Source of the DNA: Saprolegnia diclina VS20
Lineage: Eukaryota
Assembly: GCF_000281045.1 (NCBI RefSeq)
Contig: NW_008246071.1
Coordinates: 695,315-759,314 of the forward strand
Direction of reading: 5' to 3'
Length of the DNA stretch: 64,000 nt
The notes beneath the pieces are model-generated. The model did not search any database. It had not been told where the DNA came from and saw nothing but the letters and a program-made list of their open reading frames with translations. The first letter of the stretch is position 1, and the number at the start of each line of letters is the position of its first letter. This document shows positions 1 through 11,624 of this stretch, in pieces. The translations under genes and the position numbers were made by a program.

Positions 1-855
1 CTGCGTCGGAGGCATGGTCGACGCTGGTGTGTGCGTCATGGCGAGGAGCTTCGCGTGCCACGCAGCGCTTCGAAAGTCCAAGAGGCCCGTCCACGACGCC
101 TCCGAGTAGCTCATGGGAAGGACATCGGAGGCGGTGGTCCATGCTCGAAGTAGTACACCGACCATCGACTGCCACGCATGGACAGGCGACGGCGGCTGGC
201 GCCGATTGTGCCGGAGCAGCGTCGGGGCGGCGTACGCGGGGTGCATCGGCGTGCCGGTTTGGTTGTACACCTACTCGACACGATGCAAACGATAGAAGAA
301 GAGCAAGTCCTACCTCTGCTAGGAGACCCGCCTTGGCCAGCGCGTCGCGGAGCTCATTGGCCTCGTCTGCGCACTGCCCAGCGTATGTGTAGACAGGTGT
401 GACGGGCGCGCCGGCCGCATCGACGCCCACGAGCGACATGCCAAACGCAGAAAAGCCAACGGCCTTGACCACATATGCGCGCTGGGTCGTCAGCCAGCCG
501 ATCGTACCGTCCAGAACGCGCTCCTGTGGTCGTCGTGTGAGCTGGTCGAGAAGACGTCGGCAAAACAACTCACCACGGAAGCCTGGATGCTTCCCATATC
601 GGCCGTGCCATCGGCGCCAATGGCACCTCGAGCCTCTTGGCAGAGCGAGCCGTCGACGGCGATCCATGCGCCGCGAACGCACACGTAGGCGCTGGCACGG
701 ACGGACGAGCTGCCAATGTCGACGACGACGATGGCCGCGTCCTTCGCCCGCGCCTCGTCCTCGCGAAGAGCCGCGGCGCGTTGCTCGTAGGCCCAGGCAA
801 CGGCAGCACCCACCAGCGTCGTCATTGCTGCGGTCGCTACCCACACGCGCACCAT
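1..855 (-). CDS. FGGY-family carbohydrate kinase (gluconokinase/xylulokinase-like); 5' part only, spliced, runs off the window start
   Basis: N-terminal 'VVVDIGSSSVRAS' phosphate-1 motif. After splicing: 'VKAVGFSAFGMSLVGVDAAGAPVTPVYTYA', 'VYNQTGTPMHPAY', 'MSYSEASWTGLLDF', all typical of the FGGY_N domain. ATG at 855 (MVRVWV), followed by a hydrophobic stretch. Confidence 0.8.
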
Positions 856-965
856 CTCGATCTTGCCACCGCGAGGTTGATATCGCAATCGCGTTATTCA
901 CGTTTAACCCAGCGATATAACGCACGCCGATGCAATAAACCAAAGAGGTCAAATAAAAAACGCAT

Positions 966-3901
966 TTACACTTGCTGGTAGACGCCACCATGGGGCGTGG
1001 ACGGGTCCATGGACGCCGCATGCTTGGGCGGCAGCACGACGCGGCCGTCGGTTCGGTTGGTCACGTTGTAGTGCGTCTGCCACTCGGCTGGGAGCGCGTC
1101 GTGGTAGTTGTCGCGGGACGCACGCGAGCTGCAGCCAAACCGCCGGAACATGCGCAGGATGACAAACACGACGCAGCCGACGAAGCGCACGACGTTGAAG
1201 AAGCCGACGATATAGCTGAGGCCCTTGAGGTAGCACCCGCTCGACATGTAGTCGGTGACCACGTAGAGCCAAATGCCATTGGTCGTGAGCCACGAGAGGA
1301 GCAAGGTCGACCGGAACGCGCGGAAGCTGTTGTCGACCTCTTCCTTCTCCTTGGCCGCCGCTTGCCGCGCCGCCTCCACCTTCTTTTGCTGCTCGACGAC
1401 GTCCTTGACGTTGCCGCCGCCGGCTTTGGCCGGCCCGTGGCCACCCCCCGACTCGAGGCCTTTCGTGCCCCAGCTCAGATCGTGGAGGTTGCTGTACGCA
1501 TAGATACCCAGTACGTTCTACACAAGGTTGCATGAGCGCTCGTGCCACGAGATGAAGATGGACGTACGACGAACGTCGGAAGCATGAAGAAGTACTGCAC
1601 AAAGCTGAGGAGGATGCCAAACTCGCCGTGGACAAAGGCCGAGAGGAAGATGAGCCCAAGCGATGTGATGACACCGCCCGCAAGCTCGACGTCGCTGACC
1701 GTGCAGTTGGAGAACATCCCCGTGATGTTGCGCGGGTCCTTCACGGCGCTCGAGCCCTTCCCGATCAAGCCGTAGATCGAGATCCCGGTCACGAGCAGCA
1801 TGATAATGCCCATGTAGAGGCAGCTAAAGAGGTAGAAGCTGGCCGTGCGCGGCTCGGGCTTGTTGCCAAGCGCAAAGACGATGAGGCCGCCAATGATTGC
1901 GAGGTAGACGGTGAGCATCGTCTGCAGCAGCGCGGGCGCCGACTCGGTAAAGGCCAGCGTCAAGACAAAGTAGAACGTGAGAAAGAGGTTGCTGAGCAGG
2001 AACCATGAGAGCAGGTTCTGGAGCGCGAGGTAGACAAACTGGAATGAAAACACGAGCTTGCGGCCAAACGAGTGGCTGCTCATGCTCCAGACGCGGCCAA
2101 AGTGCCCGATCGCAAAGAGCCCAGCGAAGAAGGACCCGTTGAGCCAGCGCCGGCGCTGCTTGATGAGGTCGACGAGCGTCTCGGGCACGTCCGTGCGCGC
2201 GATCGCGTCCTTGACGTAGTGCATCGTCCAGCGCCGCTGCTTGCGCGCGAGAAGCTCAAAGCACAAGATGCGGTCTTCCGCGAGGTACATGTTGCCCTGG
2301 AACGGTCCGAGCTCCTTTGTCGTCGACGTGAGGCTCTTGAAGTACTCGGGCAACGGCCCGACGCCCTTGACGGCGCGAATGGCCTCGTAGCGGTACGCCG
2401 AGAACGCGCCGGGCAGCACCGAGATAAAGCCAAACACCGACTCGAGGGACTTGTCCATGATGTTGGAGATCTTGTACTCGAAGTGCTGCGCCGCAATCAC
2501 CGGGTTGAAGAAGTTGGGGGCTTCGACTGCAATCTCGCCGGCGACACCGCCAATCTGCGCGTTGCGCTCCATGCTCCGGATCAAGCGAAAGACCGAGGTC
2601 TCGGCCGGAATCGTGCCGACGTCGACGAGCACCGTGTACTTGGGGTTGAGCTGCTCCGAGAACGCGTTGAAGAACCAGAGATGCGAGTTGAGCTTCCCGC
2701 CATTGTTCTCCTTGAGCGCGTAAATCACTTGCAATGGCGGGTAAAAGGCCTCGAAGTTCTGGTTCTCAACGAGCTGGAGCGTCGACTCAAAGAGGTGCAT
2801 TTGGACGTCAACGCCGAGCGACGTGACCGTCATGATCTCCTCGTCAAACGCACCAACGGCCTTGAGGTACTCGAGGCACGTCTTGGACGCTTTGGTCCGG
2901 CCGTCCGACACGATGGCGACCGCGACTTGCTGCCAAAAGTCGTCGCCGTACTCCTTGCACATGTACGCGAGGCCTTTTGCGAGGCCCGTGAGGGTGCCCT
3001 TGATCTCGGAGCCTTCTTCGTTGTACATGGTGATCGTGATGAAGACCTTGATCGGCCGCTGCAGCTCGTGCACGCGGAGCACGTAGCCGTCGTCCGAGAA
3101 CTGGATCGGGTCCTTGGTCGCCACCGCCGTGTAGCGCATCAGTTTAAACTCGTTGGCGTCGTGGAAGGGCGGCGGTCGGCCGGCCCACGCCTGCTCGACG
3201 GTCGGCACGTTTGTGCGTGCGATGCGGAGGCTCGGCGGCAGCGCGGCCTTGCGCGCCTCCTCGGCGACGCTGTTCATCCAATTCTCGAGGTCTTCGGCAC
3301 GCTGGAGGAGCTCCTGGGCCTTTTGGCGGATGCCCTTTTGCAAAAGCGGGTCGACCTCCTTGCGTCCGACCTCGACAAGAGTCGCGCCAGCGTCCGCGTA
3401 CAAGTTGATCGCGGCCTCCGGGTCGCCGTCCTGCTCCATTTGCACAGCGAGTTGCACGAGTCGGAATGCGCCTTCGTACGTCGGCGTGCCATCGAGAAGC
3501 TCTTCGACAGTGTTGGGAAGCGGGCGAAACGCGGCCGTGTGCTGGCGCCGAAGCGACTTGTTGGAGACTTGGCGCTGCACGAGGCTGTTGGCCTTGTTAA
3601 GGAGCGTCTGGGGCTGCGGTGCCGGCTCGTCGTCGAGGTAGCCGTACGTCTTTTCCTTCGAGTCTTTCCACACAGGCACCTGCGTGTACGAGCCGTCGGC
3701 CTCGGCGCCGACAGGGCTGCCAGTCGCATACGTCCCGCCAAACTCGAGCGACTCTTGCGTGTACAGCGGCGTGGGCCGCGTTCGCGGTGGCGGCGACTGC
3801 ATGTAGGGCGTCGGTGCCGGCGCAGGGGCTGGCTCGGTGCCACCCTCGCGCAGCGCCCGGAGGCGGGCGGCGAGGTCGAGCTGGCTGTTGTTGTCGCTCA
3901 T
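966..3901 (-). CDS. CHS: Chitin synthase (GT2) with N-terminal MIT domain; 2 exons, intron 1518-1567
   Basis: Motifs [54 protein letters not shown]; after the 50-nt GT-AG intron, [14 protein letters not shown]-like three-helix segment '[24 protein letters not shown]...[12 protein letters not shown]'. C-terminal TM helices. Confidence 0.97.
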
Positions 3902-5069
3902 GCCACGGCTTGACAAATGCGAATCCGAATGCGCTGGCCCGAATCTGCGACATGCGTAGGTGTTTGACTGTCGATTTTCGATTTTCACAATTAAATTACG
4001 CTAGTTTCTTTTTCTTATAATTTTGCTTGGTATTTTATGACTTTGACGTTGTATTATTATATTGGCCACGACGCCAACGCCACGAGTGTCGTTGGCCAGG
4101 CTGTCCACTGCGCGTTTTAAAATATTTTGGAAATAAATTTGTTGGCATCCGGATACAGGTACCCAACGATTGATTTGGCGAGGAACATGACATCAGACGC
4201 CTTTTGGCCACATCGATTCCTCGCATTTGCGTACAAAGTCCCGTGGAAAAAAGCCAAACATGCCGTGCAGAATTGAAGAATGATTTTAGCTGTCCTTTGA
4301 TCAATGTTGCGTCGTTTGTGAGGAAGATCGCTGTCAAAAGCCTTGAGCGTCGTGTGGACAGCACGCGTTACTGCCGTGTGTGTGCGGATGTAAAAAGGAG
4401 GATATTTCTTGAACTTGCCGTTTTCGCGTACGTGTCCATGAAGGACCAGACATGATGCTCCACGAATCCAGTCTAGATGCATGCCGGCATGACCGACTTG
4501 GAATCTGAGCTCCACGGTTTTGTAGCCTCTGATATGCTTGCGATCGCACAAGTTCACGGCCATTACCGGTACCATTCTAGCTGTCGTCACATCAAAGGCA
4601 GGACAGGGCCATCGGGGGAAGCGCTTGCGGCGACGGGTATCGCTTTGATGTAGTAGTGTGTGATCATTCTAATCTCGACCTAGACAAATATCGAGGGTGA
4701 ATTCTCTCATGGGGGTAATAGCTCGGGACGCGGGGCGTTGGGGAGCCTTCTTGCTGCCAGGCTTTTTGTGTCCTGGCGCGATCAAGGCCACGACAATTCA
4801 ATTTCATTGGCCAAATAGCATGCATTTTCCGACCTATCAGATGCGACGAAAAGCGAGCCATTGCGCGGTCGGTGGATGGAGGCGCCTCGGACGCTCGATT
4901 GCAAGTTTTTTCAAGTGTCGGCCACAGTTGGCATACATATAGAGGGCACTTTGGGGAGTACGAGACGCCCCGTGGGACTGACGTTTGAGGCCCAGAGCCC
5001 GAGAAATCGACCCTTAAAGTTTGCGGACGATGCGGTTTTGACACGCAATAGCTCATGCATTTGACCCAT

Positions 5070-5469
5070 NNNNNNNNNNNNNNNNNNNNNNNNNNNNNNN
5101 NNNNNNNNNNNNNNNNNNNNNNNNNNNNNNNNNNNNNNNNNNNNNNNNNNNNNNNNNNNNNNNNNNNNNNNNNNNNNNNNNNNNNNNNNNNNNNNNNNNN
5201 NNNNNNNNNNNNNNNNNNNNNNNNNNNNNNNNNNNNNNNNNNNNNNNNNNNNNNNNNNNNNNNNNNNNNNNNNNNNNNNNNNNNNNNNNNNNNNNNNNNN
5301 NNNNNNNNNNNNNNNNNNNNNNNNNNNNNNNNNNNNNNNNNNNNNNNNNNNNNNNNNNNNNNNNNNNNNNNNNNNNNNNNNNNNNNNNNNNNNNNNNNNN
5401 NNNNNNNNNNNNNNNNNNNNNNNNNNNNNNNNNNNNNNNNNNNNNNNNNNNNNNNNNNNNNNNNNNNNN
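5070..5469. other. Assembly gap (400 N)
   Basis: Run of N characters. Confidence 1.
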
Positions 5470-6887
5470 ATGTCCTCCGAACCAACAATAGTCTGAGCTA
5501 ATGTACCGATAGGTCATCATCACGACTGCGCGAATGATCTCCTTGCTTGGAACAAACGAATACCATAGACGAGCAAGCTCGCTACAACGTTACCGTTATG
5601 TAAGCAAGCATAGAACGTCCCGACCGACTGAGCTTAGAATCGAGGCGAGGTTTACATAAATAATGTCAGCGCAGCCAGCGACTCGCTGGTTGCGCATCGG
5701 CAGACAGTTTGAGAGGCACACACGCGGTAGCATGGCTCGACCGAGCGCCTGATATGCACGTCGAAACAAGACGTCCCCTCAACATTACATGTATTTAGCG
5801 TGAGCCGCTTGCACCATCAAAGCCATAGAACGCAGGCGTTCAAGTCCAACGCGGCAACATTTTGAACACACTTTTGGACAAAGTCGAACGAATTTCGTCG
5901 GACACACTTGCTACGAGCAGGTACGACACCTGCGGCCTCGAGCCGTTGCCACCGGCTGCAATATACGGCCTTTCTGGGCAGCACTGTGATTGGAGAGTTC
6001 GGACACGTCAAGGCGACTTTACCTTGCCATGTCTTACTGGATGACCACCTGGCTGTCCATGCGCCACATTTGCTTGGTTCACCCCGCGTGTGTACTCTAG
6101 TTGTAGCAGCCCTGCACAGCCAATGGTGCCAGTGGTCATTGCTCTTCTCTTGCGCAACAATCTATTCACTAGACAAGTGGATCAACTTGAACGTTGGGGC
6201 AACGGCACCGATGGTGAAGAGGGTACATTGGCAGCTGACAATGGCCACTGCACCGACATACGCTCGGCGAGATGACGGCATCTCGTCCCGCCCGTGCTCC
6301 GAAGTCGCTTCTGGTTCAAGATTGAGGGGCTGTGTATATACTTGTGAACATCGAGTATCGGTGAATCGTCGGCGGTGAAGTAATGGCGTTCGCTGGGCCG
6401 AAGGAACGCACGCAAGGTGTCCAGAGGCACTGCAAGTCCGATCCATCCTGCTCCTTCCGACCAGCTCATTGCTGTTGCCGCATTACTGCTTATCTCGGTC
6501 AGGCGCCCACATACGCATCATTGCCTCTGAGCATGGAGCGACTTGAACTGTGTTGCCATTGCGGCTGCACTGATAGCAGTTCGCGAGAGTGGGTGCGTCG
6601 AGAGATGTGGTGCTGGCTCCTCCAGTTGTGCTGGGCTATAAATGCTAGGCCAGATCCAACGCCTATCGCTTTGGGCAGCTGGCATGCGCGCTGACCCGAT
6701 GTGATGTTGCCCCGTGGACATGCCCAGTTAGTCGAAACGCCGACTAATTGAAATCCCACTGGCGAGGCCAGTGCCACGGTCGTTATCCGGATGCCAAGAT
6801 ATTTTCAGGCGTTCAACGTATAGTGGTCGGTTGGGTGCCGGATACGCGCTCGCCGTGCAGGAGCGTGTCATCATTAGCTTCACGAGC

Positions 6888-9800
6888 ATGTACCGAGCCC
6901 GACCGCGACGAAGCGTCAGCTTCGACGGTCACGACCGCAGCCGCTTCACCGACGCCCGCTTCGCGCCGGTCTTCAAGGAGCGCCGGCCGTCGGCGCGGCC
7001 CGAGGTCGACGACGACGACGACGACGACAACAACCAGCACTCGCACGAAGCGGTGGCCGACCTGCACCTGCAACAAACGTTCCTCAACGACGAGCTCGTG
7101 GCCCGCGATATGAAGCGCCAGCGCGTCATCGAAGAGATCTGCGCCACGGAAGCGAGTTACGTCTCGAACCTCAAGGTGCTCGTGTCGGCCTTTGTGACGC
7201 CGATGGAGGTCGCGGGCAATACGATGCTGGCCAACCCGACCGTCGCCGTACGTCCGCCACGAGTCTTGCCGCTATCGATACAACCATGTGATGCTAGGTG
7301 TTCTTCCAGAGCCTCAAGCAGATTTTGACCGTGAACGCGCAACTGCTCACCGAGGTCGGCGGCCTCCCGTCGTCGGCGGACTCGATCGGCGCGCTCTTCT
7401 GTCGCTACGCACCGCTCTTTCGATGCTACGCCGACTATGCCAAGAACTTTGACGAAGTTGCGCAGCTGCTGCGTCCGCATCGGTCGCCCAAGTTTGCAGC
7501 GTTCGTGCAGGTACCCGATTCCTGTCCTGTCCATGGCCGTCAACAGTCGACACGTAGCAATGCCAGCTGCAATCTGGGTCGATGCAGAACTTTGAGAGTC
7601 TCCTCATCACGCCCGTGCAGCGCGTACCCCGATACAAGCTCCTCCTCGAGGTACGCTACCGTCCTGCTGCCATTGCCACCACTCATACCTCCTCGACCAG
7701 CGGATTGCGGGCTTGACAGGCGAGGGCCACCCCGACCATGCGTCGCTGCTTCAGGCTGTCGTGGCCGTCGGTGACGCGGCGCAGCTCATCAACGAAACCG
7801 TGCGGCAGAAGGAAAACATGGAGCATGTGCTACGTGTCCAAGCTCAATTTGTGGGCCAGCTCTCGCTCTTCACGCTCGACCGGCGTCTCGTGTGCGCCGG
7901 CGTCCTTGTCAAAGTACGTTTACCAAATCTCAATTTCCAATCTCCAAAGCCCCAAAGCTCACACGAATGGCACCTTAGATCTCAACCAAACGCGATGAGA
8001 AGGTCATGCTGCACCTCTTCAACGACCTGCTTTTGTACAGCGACATTTTGCCCGCCGAGACGTACCACTGTCGCCGCAGCGTTGCGCTTGCCTCGTCGGC
8101 GTGTGGCATCGACGCCACGCTCCCCGAGTCGTACCTTCCGCTCTTCTCGGTTGACCGCCCGCACCTCCAGCGCGACTGTGGCTTCAAGGTCGTCGTTCTT
8201 GCACAAGGTCCAACCCCACTCAGGCGCATCGATGTAGATCAACAGCGCGGAAAAGTCGTTTGTGCTCTTTGCAGCATCCGTCGACGAGAAGAACCGGTGG
8301 GTGCAGCTCATTGCCGACGCGATCGCGGGCGCCCAGGAGACAGGGCGGGAAGCGGCCCTCGAGAACGCCGCCGCCGTGTGGATTCCCGATGACGCGGTCG
8401 AGTCGTGCTCGCTGTGCCGACGCCGCTTTGCTGTGAGCTTCCGGCGGCACCACTGCCGGTACGCCGACCGTGTTTGTCCCTTCTACTATCGACTATAGAC
8501 GCTGTGGCAACGTTGTGTGTGGCAACTGCTCGACGCACCGTGCGTATGTGATCGACAACGACCCGAAAGAGAAGCGCGTGTGTGACGGGTGCTTCCCGGT
8601 CCTTGCCGCCGTCAAGCGATGCGCGATGCGATGGCTTGCGTGCCTCATCGAGTTCCGGGGCGTGCTTCGACGGCTCCGCAAGCGGCGGGTACGTCGCGCT
8701 CGACGTTGACTGGGTCGGGTCTCAAGCTCTCGATAGTGGGTCGACTGCTACTTTGAGCTCAAAGGCGGCGTCTTGAGGCAGTTTGCGCTCACGGGCGCCC
8801 CGGTGATTGACGGGCCGCAGCGCAACGCGCCCACCGACGTCTTGCCCATGGCCGGCGCGATTCTCATCCGCAACATTGATTCGTACCTCCGACAATATGG
8901 TGCATGATCATCATGGGACCGTGTAGCTATGGCATGGCCAACTGCTTCAAGATCACGTCGCGAGCCGAGCCGGACCGTCGCTACAAAGCTTCTCCGCTGA
9001 AGGCGTATACAAAGAAGATGCGCAAGGCGCCGTTCGAGGACGACGAGTGGGTTCTCTGCGCCAGCTCGACGCAAGACTGGGCCAAGTGGATCGACGCGCT
9101 GGATGCGTCGGCCGCCAAGGCGCTTCAGCGGACGTCGTCGCGCGCTCGGTCCATCGACCTCATGTCGGGCTCGCTTCTCTCATTGCGCGACACGCAGCGT
9201 AGGTTCATTTGGATGTCAGCCGATTTTAAAGGTCGACTAACTTGTCGTCTAGTCGATGAGCTCGAACTCGTGCGGATGGACAGCTCGCTTATCGACGACG
9301 CCAAGCAAGAGCGGTACCGCCACCACATTCTCAAGGAAATTGTGCGCTCGGTTGGTGCCAGTTGCATATGATGACGGGCCCTTATGCTGCAGCTATAGGA
9401 GCAAAGCTACGTTGAATGCCTTGGCGAGTGCATCCGCGTGTTCGTGCAGCCACTCTTGCTTCGGCAGCTCGAAGGGCGGAAGCTCGAGACCGCCAAGCAG
9501 AGTCTCCAGCGCCGGCTGTCGCAGCTGTCGCACTCAAAGCTCCAGAAAACGTTTTCGCGCATGGGCTTGACCAAGCGGACGCAACTGCGCAACGGCAGTT
9601 CGAGCCTTGCGCGTGGCGACGCGGTGAAAACCCATTTGGATGCGACCATGGCCGTCTTCTTCACAAGGTAGTCCTCTCTTGACACGCGACAAATACCATG
9701 ACTAGCTATGGATGTAGCATGGACCAGATCTTTACGCTCAACCAGCAGCTGCTCGACCACCTTGTGCGCCATTTGGCCGAGACGGATGATGCGCCCGTCC

Positions 9801-11584
9801 ACCGTATCGTACGTTGTCGTCATGCGCGGATCGTGTCAAGTGTGATAATGAACTGTACTAGGGTGCCATCTTTAACGCGTATGCGTCGCTCTTTCAAATG
9901 TACTCGTCGTATGCGAGCTACCACGAAGCTGCGCTGGCTGCGATCGAGGTACAATGCTGGTGGTGTCGAGGTCGCAGTGACAAAACACGGTGCTAGTCGG
10001 ACCACTTTGTGTCGATGCTCGCAGGTATCCAGCTGCACTTGGACGATGGCACGCTTCACCGCCTCCGCACGTACCTCAATATGCCCATGGAGCGCATTCC
10101 CAAGTACAAGGTGTTTCTGCAAGAGCTGTTGGCGTGCACGGACGCCAGTCACATGGACTTTGGCCCGCTCCTCTCGTCGATTGAGAAGGTCGACCATGTC
10201 GTGCAAGCGATCCAGGACAGCATCGCGTCGCGGGACGCCGCGCGCAAATTGCGCGAAGTCCAGCTGCAGTACGGCCTCCCGCTCCCCGACTCGACGTACG
10301 TCAAAGGCGGCTTTCTCCGCAAAGTGTGTCGCGGCACGGTCAAGACGTACCACGTTGTCCTCCTCGACCACGGTATTTCCTGATCTGATTTGCGTTGAAA
10401 CAATACGAAATACGGCTTGGAGTAGCACTCTTGTATGCGCCGACGGGGCTCCTGGCCACGTACCAGAAGAAGCACAAGATGATCGAGCTCACGGGCGCGT
10501 CCGTCTCGATGCTGCAAGACGCACTGCCCGAGAGTGTGCGCCAGGCCGTCGTTGTCGATGGCGCGCCCCCCGTGACACACCGCAAGTGCGCTTGAAACAG
10601 TGTTTCGAAACTCGGTATCTGAACGTCCCTGCTAGTGCCTTTTACTTTCGGTCCAACCAAAAGTCGTTCATGCTCATCGCCGACTCGGAAGATGCGCAGA
10701 CGAGCTGGGTCGATGCCATCCACGTAGAGTTTGCCATATATGAACTTTGAGGGCTGAAAATGATGGTAGGACGCGATCGCTAAGGTCGAAATGACGTACC
10801 GGCTCTCCAACACGTCGGACGAAGACGACAAGTCGAGCCCGCACCCGATGGACGTGTTCATGCGCAAGCCCATCAAGACGGGCTGGCTCCAAGTGCAGCT
10901 CGGCAAAAAAAAGTGGCGCAAGCAGTGGGTGACCGTCGACTACCAGCACTTTACGATCGGGCCGTCGCCCCAGACGAGCCCCGAGACGACGCTGGTCATC
11001 GCGTCTTGCGCCGCCGTGAGTGTCGCCGCCATCGCCACGCAATTCGAGATTCGTGGCGAACCCGTGATCACGGTACCCCTTTTGCAGTGCCGAGACAACC
11101 CCAGCCCTAACAAATCGGATGCTAGAGTTTGACCGAGGCGGCAGCGACATTCACCTTTGTGCTGGACGCAGGCCTGGACCGCGACGAGTGGCTCCGTGCG
11201 CTCACGCATTGCATTCGCAGCAGCGCGTACGAAGACGCCACCACGTGCCTCTCGGCCGTCTCGGAGCCAGCGCTGCATCACTTTGCGCCGGTGTTTCAGT
11301 TTCACAATACGTCCAAGGTACCAAGGTCGCCTCTTGACAGTGCTTGGTTGAACATTTGGTAGAAATGCATGCTCTGCGGCAGTAGCTTTACGCTCTACCG
11401 GCTCCGGCACCACTGCAAGTACGATACCGCGTATTGTATGCTTCACCAACGTTGTGGCGCTAGAAACTGTGGGACGCTTGTCTGCGGCAGCTGCTCCAAA
11501 GCACGGATGGTCCTGAGCCACGATCTGCACCGTGCTGTTCGGGTTTGCGACCACTGCGTCGACGAGCACACGTCCGACTTTTGA
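6888..11584 (+). CDS. Multi-exon RhoGEF, approximate architecture DH-PH-FYVE-PH-DH-PH-PH-FYVE (FGD/frabin-like, duplicated)
   Basis: DH1: 'RQRVIEEICATEASYVSNL...ESLLITPVQRVPRYKLLL'. FYVE1: 'WIPDDAVESCSLC...RRHHCR/RCGNVVCGNCS...RVCDGC'. DH2: 'RHHILKEIVRS/EQSYVECL...LNMPMERIPKYKVFLQEL'. PH ends 'EKNRWVQLI', 'DWAKWIDAL', 'AQTSWVDAI', 'RDEWLRAL'. FYVE2: 'CMLC..RLRHHCK/NCGTLVCGSCS...RVCDHC'. Many short GT-AG introns. Confidence 0.88.
7008..7028 (+). repeat. (GAC)7 trinucleotide microsatellite encoding poly-Asp in the RhoGEF N-terminus
   Basis: gacgacgacgacgacgacgac seen directly. Confidence 0.85.
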
Positions 11585-11624
11585 GAAATCGATTCATGTT
11601 GATGTCGTTGAAATATGCAATTAC

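Noticed and set aside
2072..3913. 613-aa plus-strand ORF antisense to CHS, and many similar long antisense ORFs (e.g. 49917-51284, 26840-28057)
   Set aside because: Shadow ORFs caused by high GC3 on the coding strand; no recognisable motifs.
5053..5523. ORFs spanning the N run
   Set aside because: Artefacts of the assembly gap.
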